NCBI RefSeq assembly: GCF_054482595.1
Contig: NZ_CM137008.1
DNA length: 64,000 nt
Reading direction: 5' to 3' (one strand)
Part shown: in pieces, positions 1-14,306 of the stretch
Numbering within the stretch: position 1 is the first letter of the stretch
How the letters are laid out: the number at the start of each line of letters is the position of its first letter
The notes under the pieces: model-generated
The model's input: only the letters and a program-made list of their open reading frames with translations
Told to the model about the DNA's origin: nothing
The model's database searches: none
Translations under genes and position numbers: made by a program

Positions 1-91
1 CAAATACTGGCCGACGGTGAAACGTCTGGATGATGTTTACGGCGACCGTAACCTGTTCTGCTCCTGCGTACCGATTAGCGAATACCAGTAA
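1..91 (+). CDS. gcvP: Glycine dehydrogenase (decarboxylating), 3' end only (partial)
   Basis: In-frame reading from position 2 ends ...DDVYGDRNLFCSCVPISEYQ* with stop at 89-91, matching the remembered GcvP C-terminus; a terminator hairpin follows. Confidence 0.75.
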   Translation, partial: KYWPTVKRLDDVYGDRNLFCSCVPISEYQ

Positions 92-113
92 TTCACTGAT
101 TCGACTATCTTCT

Positions 114-135
114 AAAGGCGCTTCGGCGCCTTTTT
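114..135 (+). terminator. Rho-independent terminator after gcvP
   Basis: GC stem ggcgc(117-121)/gcgcc(126-130) with ttcg loop, followed by a run of five T (131-135). Confidence 0.7.
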
Positions 136-220
136 AGCTTGTTAATAAAGTGCGCTTTGTGTGTTTCGGCTGAGGCGTAATATAAAATCTTGCGAGCTCA
201 ATATATTAAAAGAGTGCCAG

Positions 221-245
221 GCCTGATGAGCGTATCGCATCAGGC
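221..245. repeat. REP-like palindromic hairpin between gcvP and the 3' end of bglA
   Basis: gcctgatg-agcgtatcg-catcaggc: perfect 8-bp inverted repeat immediately downstream of the bglA stop. Confidence 0.5.
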
Positions 246-256
246 ACATCGGCTAA

Positions 257-1717
<1,461 letters not shown>

Positions 1718-1734
1718 TTACAGGAAATAGTACC

Positions 1735-2046
1735 ATGCAGCCAAACGACATCACTTTTTTTCAACGTTTCCAGGATGACATTCTGGCTGGGCGTAAAACC
1801 ATCACCATCCGCGACGAGTCTGAATCGCACTTCAAAACGGGTGATGTGCTTCGTGTCGGGCGTTTTGAAGATGACGGTTATTTTTGCACGATTGAAGTCA
1901 CCGCAACCTCAACCGTAACGCTGGATACGCTGACGGAAAAACATGCAGAGCAGGAAAATATGACCCTGACTGAACTGAAAAAGGTCATTGCCGACATCTA
2001 TCCCGGTCAGACACAGTTTTATGTGATTGAATTTAAATGTCTTTAA
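1735..2046 (+). CDS. yqfB: ASCH-domain protein YqfB
   Basis: 103-aa [33 protein letters not shown], conserved position next to bglA. Confidence 0.85.
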   Translation: MQPNDITFFQRFQDDILAGRKTITIRDESESHFKTGDVLRVGRFEDDGYFCTIEVTATSTVTLDTLTEKHAEQENMTLTELKKVIADIYPGQTQFYVIEFKCL

Positions 2047-2206
2047 ATTGAACTCACGCCTGTTAGTTGAAATTTCGCATTTAATTTCATGATTTTTAGG
2101 AGATTAGTCTCAAATCAGAATTTATTTTAGCTAACAGGTGTTCACTGGAACTATTCTCAGTTACGCTGGAGAGGTATACATGTGCGTGTACGTTTCTCCG
2201 GAGTAA

Positions 2207-2869
<663 letters not shown>

Positions 2870-2883
2870 TGGGTATGCCTTTG

Positions 2884-2940
2884 TAGGCCTGATAAGACGC
2901 GCCAGCGTCGCATCAGGCGATAAATGCCTGATGCGACACA
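2884..2940. repeat. REP (repetitive extragenic palindrome) element
   Basis: gcctgataagacgcgccagcgtcgcatcaggc followed by a second gcctgatgcgac unit, typical enterobacterial REP sequence between convergent genes. Confidence 0.7.
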
Positions 2941-2945
2941 GAGAT

Positions 2946-3926
2946 TTACTCTTCGAGCGAATACGGCAGCGGCTCGATATGCAATGTATTCGCATCGTCA
3001 CGTACGCGGAAGATGCTGTCCGGTTCCATATCGTTATTCATCACTACCTGTACCACGACCTGACCATCTTCCAGTTTTACCGCAGCCAGCACTGTACCGG
3101 TACGACGCCAGTTCTCGCCCATTTTCAGCTCTAAGTCTTCACCAGCTTCCGGCAGTCGGCTGGCACTACCTGTCAGCAACCAGAGCGCACGTTTATTGGC
3201 ACCACGGAATTTTGCTCGCGCCACCATCTCTTGTCCGGTATAACAGCCTTTCTTAAAGCTGATACCGCCCAGCGCCTGGAGATTGGTCGCCTGTGGGATA
3301 AACTGCCCGCTGTTCGCGGCATCAATCACCGGGAAACCCGCTTCAATGTTTAATGCCAGCCACTGTTGGCTATTGTTCAGTTCCGCTTCACCGCGCAGTT
3401 TATCGGTCAGCATATTGGCAGTAGCTTCATCGGTTACGATCAGGAAACGTTCTGCCGGGTGTTCAAACCATAGCAAAGTGGTCGCGCCTTCTTTAACTAC
3501 CTGTTTTTCTCTCGAAGGTAGTTCACTAAAGAGATTGGCCAGCGCGGCGCGCGCCTGAAAACCGGCAACACCAAGCAGCACACGCTCGTCGTCTGGCGCG
3601 ATGGTCACTTTAGAGAACACCGCATATTTTTTCAGTTCAGTCAGCTGCGGTTCACGCACGCTGCGCCGTTCAATCCACGCAAAGCCATCGCCGTCGCGGA
3701 ACAGACGTAAATTGCTCCACATTTTACCTTTGGCGTCGCAATGGGCGGCGAGCAGGTGCTGATTTTCTGTCATCTGGCTGACATCTGCTGTCACCTGGCC
3801 CTGCATATATTTTTCGCTGTCCGCGCCAGTAATGGTGGCAAGCGCCCAGTCATCAAGCGTCATCAGCGTCAGCGGTAAACGGGCAGAAGCCGTAGGCTGA
3901 CGTGGAGGAAAAGGTGTAAAAGCCAT
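2946..3926 (-). CDS. ygfZ: Folate-binding tRNA-modifying protein YgfZ
   Basis: 326-aa ORF, matches remembered YgfZ; synteny with sdhE. Confidence 0.9.
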   Translation of the reverse strand: MAFTPFPPRQPTASARLPLTLMTLDDWALATITGADSEKYMQGQVTADVSQMTENQHLLAAHCDAKGKMWSNLRLFRDGDGFAWIERRSVREPQLTELKKYAVFSKVTIAPDDERVLLGVAGFQARAALANLFSELPSREKQVVKEGATTLLWFEHPAERFLIVTDEATANMLTDKLRGEAELNNSQQWLALNIEAGFPVIDAANSGQFIPQATNLQALGGISFKKGCYTGQEMVARAKFRGANKRALWLLTGSASRLPEAGEDLELKMGENWRRTGTVLAAVKLEDGQVVVQVVMNNDMEPDSIFRVRDDANTLHIEPLPYSLEE

Positions 3927-4156
3927 AATAGAGTCCTGAGTTGCTTAACGGCGTATTAATAACTAATGGTAAAAGAGCTATGAGGCAATGCAAGTGCTTT
4001 CACTACGCGATCTGTGCCTTCTGCGAGGCGACTTCCAAAAAAATGAAGCCCTTGAATTGTTGTGAATTAATTTCGCGATCGCGATTGTGTTTACTGATAT
4101 TCCCGTAAAAGAAGTCGAAAAACACGTTACAATAGCGGGGTACTGGATTTTCGTGA

Positions 4157-4823
<667 letters not shown>

Positions 4824-4862
4824 AGATGACGGCAAAGCATATGCGCTAAGCCGTCAGTGACA

Positions 4863-5384
4863 TCAGGCGTAATGCTCTGCCATTTCGTTGAGGATTTGCT
4901 CGCACCAGCTCTGAATACGCTCGTCGCTAAGGTCATACTGGTTAGTTTCATCCAGCGCCAGACCCACGAACAGTTGCCCGTCAGCAATCACCGGTTTCGG
5001 GCTGGTAAATTCATATCCTTCCGTTGGCCAGTAGCCGACGAACTTCACGCCTTTGGTAGAAAGTTTGTCATGCAGCATCCCTAGCGCATCGAGGAACCAT
5101 TCACCGTACCCGAGTTGATCGCCAAGCCCATACAGCGCAACAATTTTACCTTCGAGGTTCAGGTCGTCGAGCTGATCCCAGACGGCTTCCCAGTCTTCCT
5201 GGATTTCGCCAAAATCCCAGGTCGGGATACCCAGAATGAGCACATCGTACTGCTCCATTAATTTCGGGGAGTCGTCCTTGAGGTTATGTAAGGTCACCAG
5301 TTCTGGGCCGATAATATCGCGGATTTTTTCTGCCGCCATTTCGGTGTAACAGGTGCTGGAACCGTAAAAAAGACCCATATTCAT
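4863..5384 (-). CDS. fldB: Flavodoxin 2
   Basis: 173-aa [26 protein letters not shown], flavodoxin signature; K-12 synteny. Confidence 0.92.
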
Positions 5385-5495
5385 AACGTAAGCTTCTCGA
5401 TTCTGCTGTGGCTTTTGCGGCTAGTGTATCAGAATCGCTTTAGTCACGGCACAATAAGGCATAATGGATCAAATGAGTGACCATAAGGGGCGCAA

Positions 5496-6392
5496 GTGAA
5501 ACAGGATCTGGCACGCATCGAGCAGTTTCTTGATGCTCTGTGGCTGGAAAAAAATCTGGCTGAAAATACGTTGAACGCTTACCGTCGCGATCTGTCAATG
5601 ATGGTGGAGTGGTTGCATCACCGCGGGTTGACGTTGGCGACGGCGCAAAGTGACGATTTGCAGGCATTACTGGCAGAACGGCTGGAGGGCGGGTATAAAG
5701 CCACCAGCTCAGCGCGTTTGCTGAGTGCAGTGCGCCGATTGTTCCAGTATCTTTATCGCGAAAAGTTTCGTGAAGACGATCCCAGTGCGCATCTCGCTTC
5801 ACCGAAATTGCCCCAGCGTTTGCCAAAAGATTTAAGCGAAGCGCAGGTCGAACGTTTATTACAGGCACCATTAATTGATCAGCCACTGGAGCTACGCGAT
5901 AAAGCCATGCTTGAAGTGTTGTATGCTACCGGGCTGCGTGTCTCTGAACTGGTCGGACTGACAATGAGTGATATCAGCCTGCGTCAGGGCGTAGTGCGGG
6001 TCATTGGTAAAGGCAACAAAGAGCGCCTGGTGCCGTTAGGTGAAGAGGCGGTTTACTGGCTGGAAACCTATCTGGAACATGGGCGTCCGTGGCTGCTGAA
6101 TGGTGTGTCAATTGACGTGTTATTTCCCAGTCAGCGTGCGCAGCAGATGACGCGACAGACCTTCTGGCACCGCATTAAACATTATGCCGTGCTGGCGGGT
6201 ATCGACAGCGAAAAGCTGTCACCGCATGTGTTGCGTCACGCTTTTGCCACTCATTTATTAAATCATGGTGCGGATTTACGCGTGGTGCAGATGCTACTGG
6301 GCCACAGCGATCTTTCCACCACGCAAATTTATACGCATGTCGCTACCGAGCGTCTGCGGCAACTTCATCAACAGCATCACCCGCGGGCGTGA
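5496..6392 (+). CDS. xerD: Site-specific tyrosine recombinase XerD
   Basis: 298-aa ORF with C-terminal LRHAFATHLL...GHSDLSTTQIYTHV catalytic motifs; K-12 synteny with dsbC and recJ. Confidence 0.95.
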   Translation: MKQDLARIEQFLDALWLEKNLAENTLNAYRRDLSMMVEWLHHRGLTLATAQSDDLQALLAERLEGGYKATSSARLLSAVRRLFQYLYREKFREDDPSAHLASPKLPQRLPKDLSEAQVERLLQAPLIDQPLELRDKAMLEVLYATGLRVSELVGLTMSDISLRQGVVRVIGKGNKERLVPLGEEAVYWLETYLEHGRPWLLNGVSIDVLFPSQRAQQMTRQTFWHRIKHYAVLAGIDSEKLSPHVLRHAFATHLLNHGADLRVVQMLLGHSDLSTTQIYTHVATERLRQLHQQHHPRA

Positions 6393-6416
6393 TGTCTGAA
6401 AAGAACGGGAAGATTT

Positions 6417-7127
6417 ATGAAGAAAGGTTTTATGTTGTTTACTTTGTTAGCGGCGTTTTCAGGCTTTGCTCAGGCTGATGACGCGGCAATTCAACAAACG
6501 TTAGCCAAAATGGGCATCAAAAGCAGCGATATTCAGCCCGCGCCCGTAGCTGGCATGAAGACAGTTCTGACTAACAGCGGTGTGTTGTACATCACCGATG
6601 ATGGTAAACATATCATTCAGGGGCCAATGTATGACGTTAGCGGCACGGCTCCGGTCAATGTCACCAATAAGATGCTGTTAAAGCAGTTGAATGCGCTTGA
6701 AAAAGAGATGATCGTTTATAAAGCGCCGCAGGAAAAACACGTCATCACCGTGTTTACTGATATTACCTGTGGTTACTGCCACAAACTGCATGAGCAAATG
6801 GCAGACTACAACGCGCTGGGGATCACCGTGCGTTATCTTGCTTTCCCGCGCCAGGGGCTGGATAGCGATGCTGAGAAAGAAATGAAAGCTATCTGGTGTG
6901 CGAAAGACAAAAACAAAGCGTTTGATGATGTGATGGCAGGTAAAAGCGTCGCACCAGCCAGCTGCGACGTGGATATTGCCGACCATTACGCACTTGGCGT
7001 CCAGCTTGGCGTTAGCGGTACTCCGGCAGTTGTGCTGAGCAATGGCACACTTGTTCCGGGTTACCAGCCGCCGAAAGACATGAAAGAATTCCTCGACGAA
7101 CACCAAAAAATGACCAGCGGTAAATAA
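6417..7127 (+). CDS. dsbC: Thiol:disulfide interchange protein DsbC
   Basis: 236-aa ORF with signal peptide and CGYC active site (TDITCGYCHKL). Confidence 0.95.
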   Translation: MKKGFMLFTLLAAFSGFAQADDAAIQQTLAKMGIKSSDIQPAPVAGMKTVLTNSGVLYITDDGKHIIQGPMYDVSGTAPVNVTNKMLLKQLNALEKEMIVYKAPQEKHVITVFTDITCGYCHKLHEQMADYNALGITVRYLAFPRQGLDSDAEKEMKAIWCAKDKNKAFDDVMAGKSVAPASCDVDIADHYALGVQLGVSGTPAVVLSNGTLVPGYQPPKDMKEFLDEHQKMTSGK

Positions 7128-7132
7128 TTCGC

Positions 7133-8866
7133 GTGAAACAACAGATACAACTTCGTCGCCGTGAAGTCGATGAAACGGCAGACTTGCCCGCTGAATTGCC
7201 TCCCTTGCTGCGCCGTTTATACGCCAGCCGAGGAGTACGCAGTGCGCAAGAACTGGAACGCAGTGTTAAAGGTATGCTGCCCTGGCAGCAACTGAGCGGT
7301 GTCGAAAAGGCCGTTGAGATCCTTTACAACGCCTTTCGCGAAGGAACGCGGATTATTGTGGTCGGTGATTTCGACGCCGACGGTGCCACCAGCACGGCTC
7401 TAAGCGTGCTGGCGATGCGCTCGCTTGGTTGCAGCAATATCGACTACCTGGTACCAAACCGTTTCGAAGACGGTTACGGCTTAAGCCCGGAAGTGGTCGA
7501 TCAGGCCCATGCCCGTGGCGCGCAGTTAATTGTCACGGTGGATAACGGTATTTCCTCCCATGCGGGGGTTGAGCACGCTCGCTCGTTGGGCATCCCGGTT
7601 ATTGTTACCGATCACCATTTGCCAGGCGACACATTACCCGCAGCGGAAGCGATCATTAACCCTAACTTGCGCGACTGTAATTTCCCGTCGAAATCACTGG
7701 CAGGCGTGGGTGTGGCGTTTTATCTGATGCTGGCGCTGCGTACCTTTTTGCGCGATCAGGGCTGGTTTGATGAGCGTAACATCGCAATTCCTAACCTGGC
7801 AGAACTGCTGGATCTGGTCGCGCTGGGGACAGTGGCGGACGTCGTGCCGCTGGACGCTAATAATCGCATTCTGACCTGGCAGGGGATGAGTCGCATCCGA
7901 GCCGGAAAGTGCCGTCCGGGGATTAAAGCGCTGCTTGAAGTGGCAAACCGTGATGCACAAAAACTCGCCGCCAGCGATTTAGGTTTTGCGCTGGGGCCAC
8001 GTCTCAATGCTGCCGGACGACTGGACGATATGTCCGTCGGTGTGGCGCTGTTGTTGTGCGACAACATCGGCGAAGCGCGCGTGCTGGCAAATGAACTCGA
8101 TGCGCTAAACCAGACGCGAAAAGAGATCGAACAAGGAATGCAAATTGAAGCCCTGACCCTGTGCGAGAAACTGGAGCGCAGCCGTGACACGCTACCCGGC
8201 GGGCTGGCAATGTATCACCCCGAATGGCATCAGGGCGTTGTCGGTATTCTGGCTTCGCGCATCAAAGAGCGTTTTCACCGTCCGGTTATCGCGTTTGCGC
8301 CAGCAGGTGACGGTACGCTGAAAGGTTCCGGTCGCTCCATTCAGGGGCTGCATATGCGTGATGCGCTGGAGCGATTAGACACACTCTACCCTGGCATGAT
8401 GCTGAAGTTTGGCGGTCATGCGATGGCGGCGGGTTTGTCGCTGGAAGAGGATAAATTCAAACTCTTTCAACAACGGTTTGGCGAACTGGTTACTGAGTGG
8501 CTGGACCCTTCGCTATTGCAAGGCGAAGTGGTATCAGACGGTCCGTTAAGCCCGGCCGAAATGACCATGGAAGTGGCGCAGCTGCTGCGCGATGCTGGCC
8601 CGTGGGGGCAGATGTTCCCGGAGCCGCTGTTTGACGGTCATTTCCGTCTGCTGCAACAGCGGCTGGTGGGCGAACGTCATTTGAAGGTGATGGTCGAACC
8701 GGTCGGCGGCGGTCCACTGCTGGATGGTATTGCTTTTAATGTCGATACCGCCCTCTGGCCGGATAACGGCGTGCGTGAAGTGCAACTGGCTTATAAGCTC
8801 GATATCAACGAGTTTCGCGGCAACCGCAGCCTGCAAATTATCATCGACAATATCTGGCCAATTTAG
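7133..8866 (+). CDS. recJ: Single-stranded-DNA-specific exonuclease RecJ
   Basis: 577-aa ORF starting at a GTG codon (7133); DHH motif region VIVTDHHLP present. Confidence 0.95.
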   Translation: MKQQIQLRRREVDETADLPAELPPLLRRLYASRGVRSAQELERSVKGMLPWQQLSGVEKAVEILYNAFREGTRIIVVGDFDADGATSTALSVLAMRSLGCSNIDYLVPNRFEDGYGLSPEVVDQAHARGAQLIVTVDNGISSHAGVEHARSLGIPVIVTDHHLPGDTLPAAEAIINPNLRDCNFPSKSLAGVGVAFYLMLALRTFLRDQGWFDERNIAIPNLAELLDLVALGTVADVVPLDANNRILTWQGMSRIRAGKCRPGIKALLEVANRDAQKLAASDLGFALGPRLNAAGRLDDMSVGVALLLCDNIGEARVLANELDALNQTRKEIEQGMQIEALTLCEKLERSRDTLPGGLAMYHPEWHQGVVGILASRIKERFHRPVIAFAPAGDGTLKGSGRSIQGLHMRDALERLDTLYPGMMLKFGGHAMAAGLSLEEDKFKLFQQRFGELVTEWLDPSLLQGEVVSDGPLSPAEMTMEVAQLLRDAGPWGQMFPEPLFDGHFRLLQQRLVGERHLKVMVEPVGGGPLLDGIAFNVDTALWPDNGVREVQLAYKLDINEFRGNRSLQIIIDNIWPI

Positions 8867-8956
8867 CGTCATCTTCTCTATAAAAAAGAGCGTGGATTGG
8901 GTACAATCCCGCTCTTATCACCGCATTTTGACTAGCTCAATAAAAGAAATCAGACC

Positions 8957-10055
8957 ATGTTTGAAATTAATCCGGTAAATAATCGCATTCAGGACCTCAC
9001 GGAACGCTCCGACGTTCTTAGGGGGTATCTTTGACTACGACGCCAAGAAAGAGCGTCTGGAAGAAGTAAACGCCGAGCTGGAACAGCCGGATGTCTGGAA
9101 CGAACCCGAACGCGCACAGGCGCTGGGTAAAGAGCGTTCCTCCCTCGAAGCCGTTGTCGACACCCTCGACCAAATGAAACAGGGGCTGGAAGATGTTTCT
9201 GGTCTGCTGGAACTGGCTGTAGAAGCTGACGACGAAGAAACCTTTAACGAAGCCGTTGCTGAACTCGACGCCCTGGAAGAAAAACTGGCGCAGCTTGAGT
9301 TCCGCCGTATGTTCTCTGGCGAATATGACAGCGCCGACTGCTACCTCGATATTCAGGCGGGGTCTGGCGGTACGGAAGCACAGGACTGGGCGAGCATGCT
9401 TGAGCGTATGTATCTGCGCTGGGCAGAATCGCGTGGTTTCAAAACTGAAATCATCGAAGAGTCGGAAGGTGAAGTGGCGGGTATTAAATCCGTGACTATC
9501 AAAATCTCCGGCGATTACGCTTACGGCTGGCTGCGTACAGAAACCGGCGTTCACCGCCTGGTGCGTAAAAGCCCGTTTGACTCCGGCGGTCGTCGCCATA
9601 CGTCGTTCAGCTCCGCGTTTGTTTACCCGGAAGTCGATGACGATATTGATATCGAAATCAACCCGGCGGATCTGCGCATTGACGTTTATCGCGCGTCCGG
9701 CGCGGGCGGTCAGCACGTTAACCGTACCGAATCTGCGGTGCGTATTACTCACATCCCAACCGGGATCGTGACCCAGTGCCAGAACGACCGTTCCCAGCAC
9801 AAGAACAAAGACCAGGCCATGAAGCAGATGAAAGCGAAGCTTTATGAACTGGAGATGCAGAAGAAAAATGCCGAGAAACAGGCGATGGAAGATAACAAAT
9901 CCGACATCGGCTGGGGCAGCCAGATTCGTTCTTATGTCCTTGATGACTCCCGCATTAAAGATCTGCGCACCGGGGTAGAAACCCGCAACACGCAGGCCGT
10001 GCTGGACGGCAGCCTGGATCAATTTATCGAAGCAAGTTTGAAAGCAGGGTTATGA
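8957..10055 (+). CDS. prfB: Peptide chain release factor 2, requires programmed +1 ribosomal frameshift
   Basis: Frame 0 from ATG 8957 reads [25 protein letters not shown] then TGA at 9032-9034; the +1 frame from 9033 continues [13 protein letters not shown]... into supplied ORF 9174-10055 (SPF and GGQ motifs). Shift site CTT TGA C preceded by internal SD-like AGGGGG. Confidence 0.95.
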
Positions 10056-10064
10056 GGAACCAAC

Positions 10065-11582
10065 ATGTCTGAACAACACGCACAGGGCGCTGACGCGGTA
10101 GTCGATCTTAACAATGAACTGAAAACGCGTCGTGAGAAGCTGGCGAACCTGCGCGAGCAGGGGATTGCCTTCCCGAATGATTTCCGTCGCGATCATACCT
10201 CTGACCAATTGCACGCAGAATTCGACGGTAAAGAGAACGAAGAACTGGAAGCGCTGAACATCGAAGTCGCTGTTGCTGGCCGCATGATGACCCGCCGTAT
10301 TATGGGTAAAGCGTCTTTCGTTACCCTGCAGGATGTGGGTGGCCGCATTCAGCTGTACGTTGCCCGTGACGATCTGCCGGAAGGCGTTTACAACGAGCAG
10401 TTCAAAAAATGGGACCTCGGCGACATCCTCGGCGCGAAAGGTAAACTGTTCAAAACCAAAACCGGCGAACTGTCTATCCACTGTACCGAGTTGCGTCTGC
10501 TGACCAAAGCACTGCGTCCGCTGCCGGATAAATTCCACGGCTTGCAGGATCAGGAAGCGCGCTATCGTCAGCGTTATCTCGATCTCATCTCCAACGATGA
10601 ATCCCGCAACACCTTTAAAGTGCGCTCGCAGATCCTCTCTGGTATTCGCCAGTTCATGGTGAACCGCGGCTTTATGGAAGTTGAAACGCCGATGATGCAG
10701 GTGATCCCTGGCGGTGCCGCTGCGCGTCCGTTTATCACCCACCATAACGCGCTGGATCTCGACATGTACCTGCGTATCGCGCCGGAACTGTACCTCAAGC
10801 GTCTGGTGGTTGGTGGCTTCGAGCGTGTATTCGAAATCAACCGTAACTTCCGTAACGAAGGTATTTCCGTACGTCATAACCCAGAGTTCACCATGATGGA
10901 ACTCTATATGGCTTACGCAGATTACAAAGATCTGATCGAGCTGACCGAATCGCTGTTCCGTACTCTGGCACAGGATATTCTCGGTAAGACGGAAGTGACC
11001 TACGGCGACGTGACGCTGGATTTCGGTAAACCGTTCGAAAAACTAACCATGCGTGAAGCGATTAAGAAATATCGCCCGGAAACCGACATGGCGGATCTGG
11101 ACAACTTCGACTCTGCAAAAGCGATTGCTGAATCTATCGGTATCCACGTTGAGAAGAGCTGGGGTCTGGGCCGTATCGTTACCGAGATCTTCGAAGAAGT
11201 GGCAGAAGCACATCTGATTCAGCCAACCTTCATTACTGAATATCCGGCAGAAGTTTCTCCGCTGGCGCGTCGTAACGACGTTAACCCGGAAATCACAGAC
11301 CGCTTTGAGTTCTTCATCGGTGGTCGTGAAATCGGTAACGGCTTTAGCGAGCTGAATGACGCGGAAGATCAGGCGCAGCGCTTCCTGGATCAGGTTGCCG
11401 CGAAAGATGCAGGTGACGACGAAGCGATGTTCTACGATGAAGATTACGTCACCGCACTGGAACATGGCTTACCGCCGACAGCAGGTCTGGGGATTGGTAT
11501 CGACCGTATGGTAATGCTGTTCACCAACAGCCATACCATCCGCGACGTTATTCTGTTCCCGGCGATGCGTCCGGTGAAATAA
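10065..11582 (+). CDS. lysS: Lysine--tRNA ligase (constitutive)
   Basis: 505-aa ORF immediately downstream of prfB; class II aaRS motifs; matches remembered LysS. Confidence 0.95.
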
Positions 11583-11602
11583 GCATTACGTTATGCTCAT
11601 AA

Positions 11603-11626
11603 CCCCGGCAAATGTCGGGGTTTTTT
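11603..11626 (+). terminator. Rho-independent terminator after lysS
   Basis: ccccg-gcaaatgt-cgggg stem-loop followed by a run of six T. Confidence 0.75.
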
Positions 11627-12173
11627 ATTTAAGCTGGGTAAATGCAGATAATCGTATTCTGGCTTCGCGATTTGTCGCCTGCATCACCATCCACGGACTG
11701 AATGCCCACGGCGTGGCATCAATACCGCGTAATACATCTGCTAAATCACACCATTGATAATCCATCACTTCATCATCGTTGATCTGTAACGCACTGGTGG
11801 TGCGTGCGGCAAATACCGGACACACTTCATTTTCCACAATGCCATTCGGATCGGTGGCGCGATAGCGAAAGTCAGGATAGATAGATTCAGGAGGCGTAAT
11901 TTCCACGCCAAGCTCATAACGGCAACGGCGGATCACCGCGTCTTCGTTGCTTTCTCCCAGTTGTGGGTGCCCACAAACCGAGTTAGTCCACACGCCAGGC
12001 CATGCTTTTTTGCTCAGAGCGCGACGGGTAACTAATAATTGTCCTTTGGCATTAAACAGCCAACTGGAGAACGCGAGATGTAAGCGGGTGTCTGCCGTGT
12101 GTGCGGCATACTTTTCCAGCGTACCCGTGGGAACTCCCTGTGCATTCAATAAAATGACGTGTTCCGTTTGCAT
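11625..12173 (-). CDS. idi: Isopentenyl-diphosphate delta-isomerase
   Basis: 182-aa [28 protein letters not shown], Nudix-type IDI; K-12 synteny. Confidence 0.93.
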   Translation of the reverse strand: MQTEHVILLNAQGVPTGTLEKYAAHTADTRLHLAFSSWLFNAKGQLLVTRRALSKKAWPGVWTNSVCGHPQLGESNEDAVIRRCRYELGVEITPPESIYPDFRYRATDPNGIVENEVCPVFAARTTSALQINDDEVMDYQWCDLADVLRGIDATPWAFSPWMVMQATNREARIRLSAFTQLK

Positions 12174-12422
12174 AATTTCTCACATGTAATTCTGATCACT
12201 CATCATTATAGATAATTGAAGAGTGAAATGATTAACCAAGTGAGCGTTTATCGACAACCGCCCGTTTTGAGCGGATGTCGACAGGTAAAAACCATTTAAA
12301 AAAGTAGCATCATATATTTGAAGCGACTTTCAATGGCCATTGCAACACAGTCAGAAATGACAGGAATAGAGAGAGTAAAAAGCAACAACAGACTGAATAT
12401 AGCGCGCATTAAAAAATTCATA

Positions 12423-13871
12423 TTATTCTCCATGCTCATTTTTCTTCAGCTTGCGCATCAGAAGCCACATACGTACTGTCCTGACTTTTAAATCTTTATC
12501 AGAGACGGATTCCTTCACCAGGTCAGCATGATGCTGGTAGCCATTAAAGAAGACATTCAGCACAACGGCGCTAAGGGTTGCGAGCATAATGCCGCTATGC
12601 AGCAACGGTTGCAGTACGGCCGGTAACTTAGAAAAGAAATCGTGAGAGAGCGTTGGAGTCATGCCAACGCCGAGACTGATCGCCACAATATAGAGGTTGT
12701 AACGGTTGGTGGTGTAGTTACAGCGCGACAGAATTCGAATCCCTGTCGCCAGTACCATGCCGAACATCACCAGACCAGCGCCGCCCAGCACAAATTGCGG
12801 AATGGAGGCTACCAGCACCGCCATTTTTGGCACCATGCCAAACAGGATTAATATAATTCCCGAAGAAATACACACCCAGCGGCTATGAACGCGCGTCACG
12901 CTAACCAGGCCAACGTTTTGAGAAAATGACGTGTGGGGGAAGCTGTTAAACGTGCCACCAATCATTGTCCCTACGCCATCGACACGCAGCCCGCGAATAA
13001 TATCGTGCGAAGAGAGTTTACGACCGACTATTTCACCCAGTGCCAGGAACATCCCCATCGACTCGATAAACACGATGATTAACACGGCAGTCATGGTCAG
13101 AATGGAAACGGGATCGAAAATCGGCATACCAAACGACATCGGGGTGACAATCGCAAACCACGAGGCATCATGTAGCCCGGATAAATTGACTTCATTCATC
13201 ATCCACGAAAGTAAAAAGCCAAATACAATCCCCAGTAATACGGCGACGTTGGACATAAATCCTTTCGCATAGCGAGTAATGAGCAAGATAAAAATTAAGA
13301 CGGCAAAGGAGATACCTAAATAAACGGGATTACCATATTGCGGATTCCCTTTACCTCCGGCGGCCCAGTCAATACCCACCTGAATGATGCTAAGCCCGAT
13401 AGAAGTAATAACCACACCGGTAACCAGTGGCGGGAATAAAGGCATCAAGCGACCGATAAGTGGCGCTAATAATGTGGTGATAAAACCCGCGGCGATAGTG
13501 GCACCAAATATCCCCAGCAGGCCGATATCCGGGTTCATCCCAATGGCTATCATTGGTGTTACAGCAGCAAACGTCACCGACATAATCACCGGCAGGCGGA
13601 TCCCCATAAAGCGGCCGATACCGATACATTGCAATAATGTGACGATCCCGCAGCAAAAGAGATCCGAGCTAATGAGCATCGCAATAGCTTCTTTTGAGAG
13701 GCCCAGTCGGTCACCAATCATAAGAGGAACAGCGACTGCACCTGCGTACATGACAAGGACGTGTTGCAGACCGAGTATGATCAGCTTTCCTGGTGATAAT
13801 ATGCGGTCAACCTCATCAGTTGGGCGGTCTTGCCCAGAAGATGAGGGAAGTTGGGAATCTATGGCGCTCAT
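12423..13871 (-). CDS. uacT: Urate/xanthine permease (NCS2 family)
   Basis: Supplied ORF 12423-14000; start trimmed to MSAIDSQLPSS at 13871 with upstream AGGAG; polytopic membrane protein; K-12 synteny (ygfU). Confidence 0.88.
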   Translation of the reverse strand: MSAIDSQLPSSSGQDRPTDEVDRILSPGKLIILGLQHVLVMYAGAVAVPLMIGDRLGLSKEAIAMLISSDLFCCGIVTLLQCIGIGRFMGIRLPVIMSVTFAAVTPMIAIGMNPDIGLLGIFGATIAAGFITTLLAPLIGRLMPLFPPLVTGVVITSIGLSIIQVGIDWAAGGKGNPQYGNPVYLGISFAVLIFILLITRYAKGFMSNVAVLLGIVFGFLLSWMMNEVNLSGLHDASWFAIVTPMSFGMPIFDPVSILTMTAVLIIVFIESMGMFLALGEIVGRKLSSHDIIRGLRVDGVGTMIGGTFNSFPHTSFSQNVGLVSVTRVHSRWVCISSGIILILFGMVPKMAVLVASIPQFVLGGAGLVMFGMVLATGIRILSRCNYTTNRYNLYIVAISLGVGMTPTLSHDFFSKLPAVLQPLLHSGIMLATLSAVVLNVFFNGYQHHADLVKESVSDKDLKVRTVRMWLLMRKLKKNEHGE

Positions 13872-14306
13872 CAGTGTTTCTCCTTTCGCCCGCCAGAGTA
13901 AAAAGCAACCGTTTACGTTAATGAAACTGTCTAAACACATGCTCGTGGAGTGCCAGTTTTTGCGAGGAAGGGGAGTTAGAGACAGGAATTGCGGAGGCAA
14001 TCACATAATTGTGGTTAAACCACGAAAATGAGAAGAGAACCTGACAATGGAATTATCTGTAATTTTCTCATATTGATATTTCATTAATCATTCTGGCATG
14101 TCGCACTCTCGCATTTAATCGTTTTTATCTGGATAGCGCTCTTTTGATCGGCAATGTTGAAATAATGAAAGCGGCATAGTTTGAGGGGCAATAATTTGAA
14201 CTCAGTCGCAAAATTATAATTAAAACGGTCATGCTACCTAATATATGCCCGTTTATTGCATCGCGAAATTTGAGAAGACATAACTCATTAAATGAAAGGG
14301 ATGCAA

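Noticed and set aside
9018-10022. 334-aa minus-strand ORF antisense to prfB, and 275-aa minus-strand ORF (10050-10877) antisense to lysS
   Set aside because: Entirely overlap highly conserved essential genes on the opposite strand; low-complexity translations; spurious open frames.
12423-14000. N-terminal extensions of supplied ORFs (uacT here; likewise guaD 18153-19592, xanQ 19487-20944, ssnA 24749-26143, xdhA 42635-44932, hyuA 33825-35222)
   Set aside because: The ORF track uses the first in-frame ATG; known protein N-termini and SD positions support internal starts, so the extensions are not annotated as coding.
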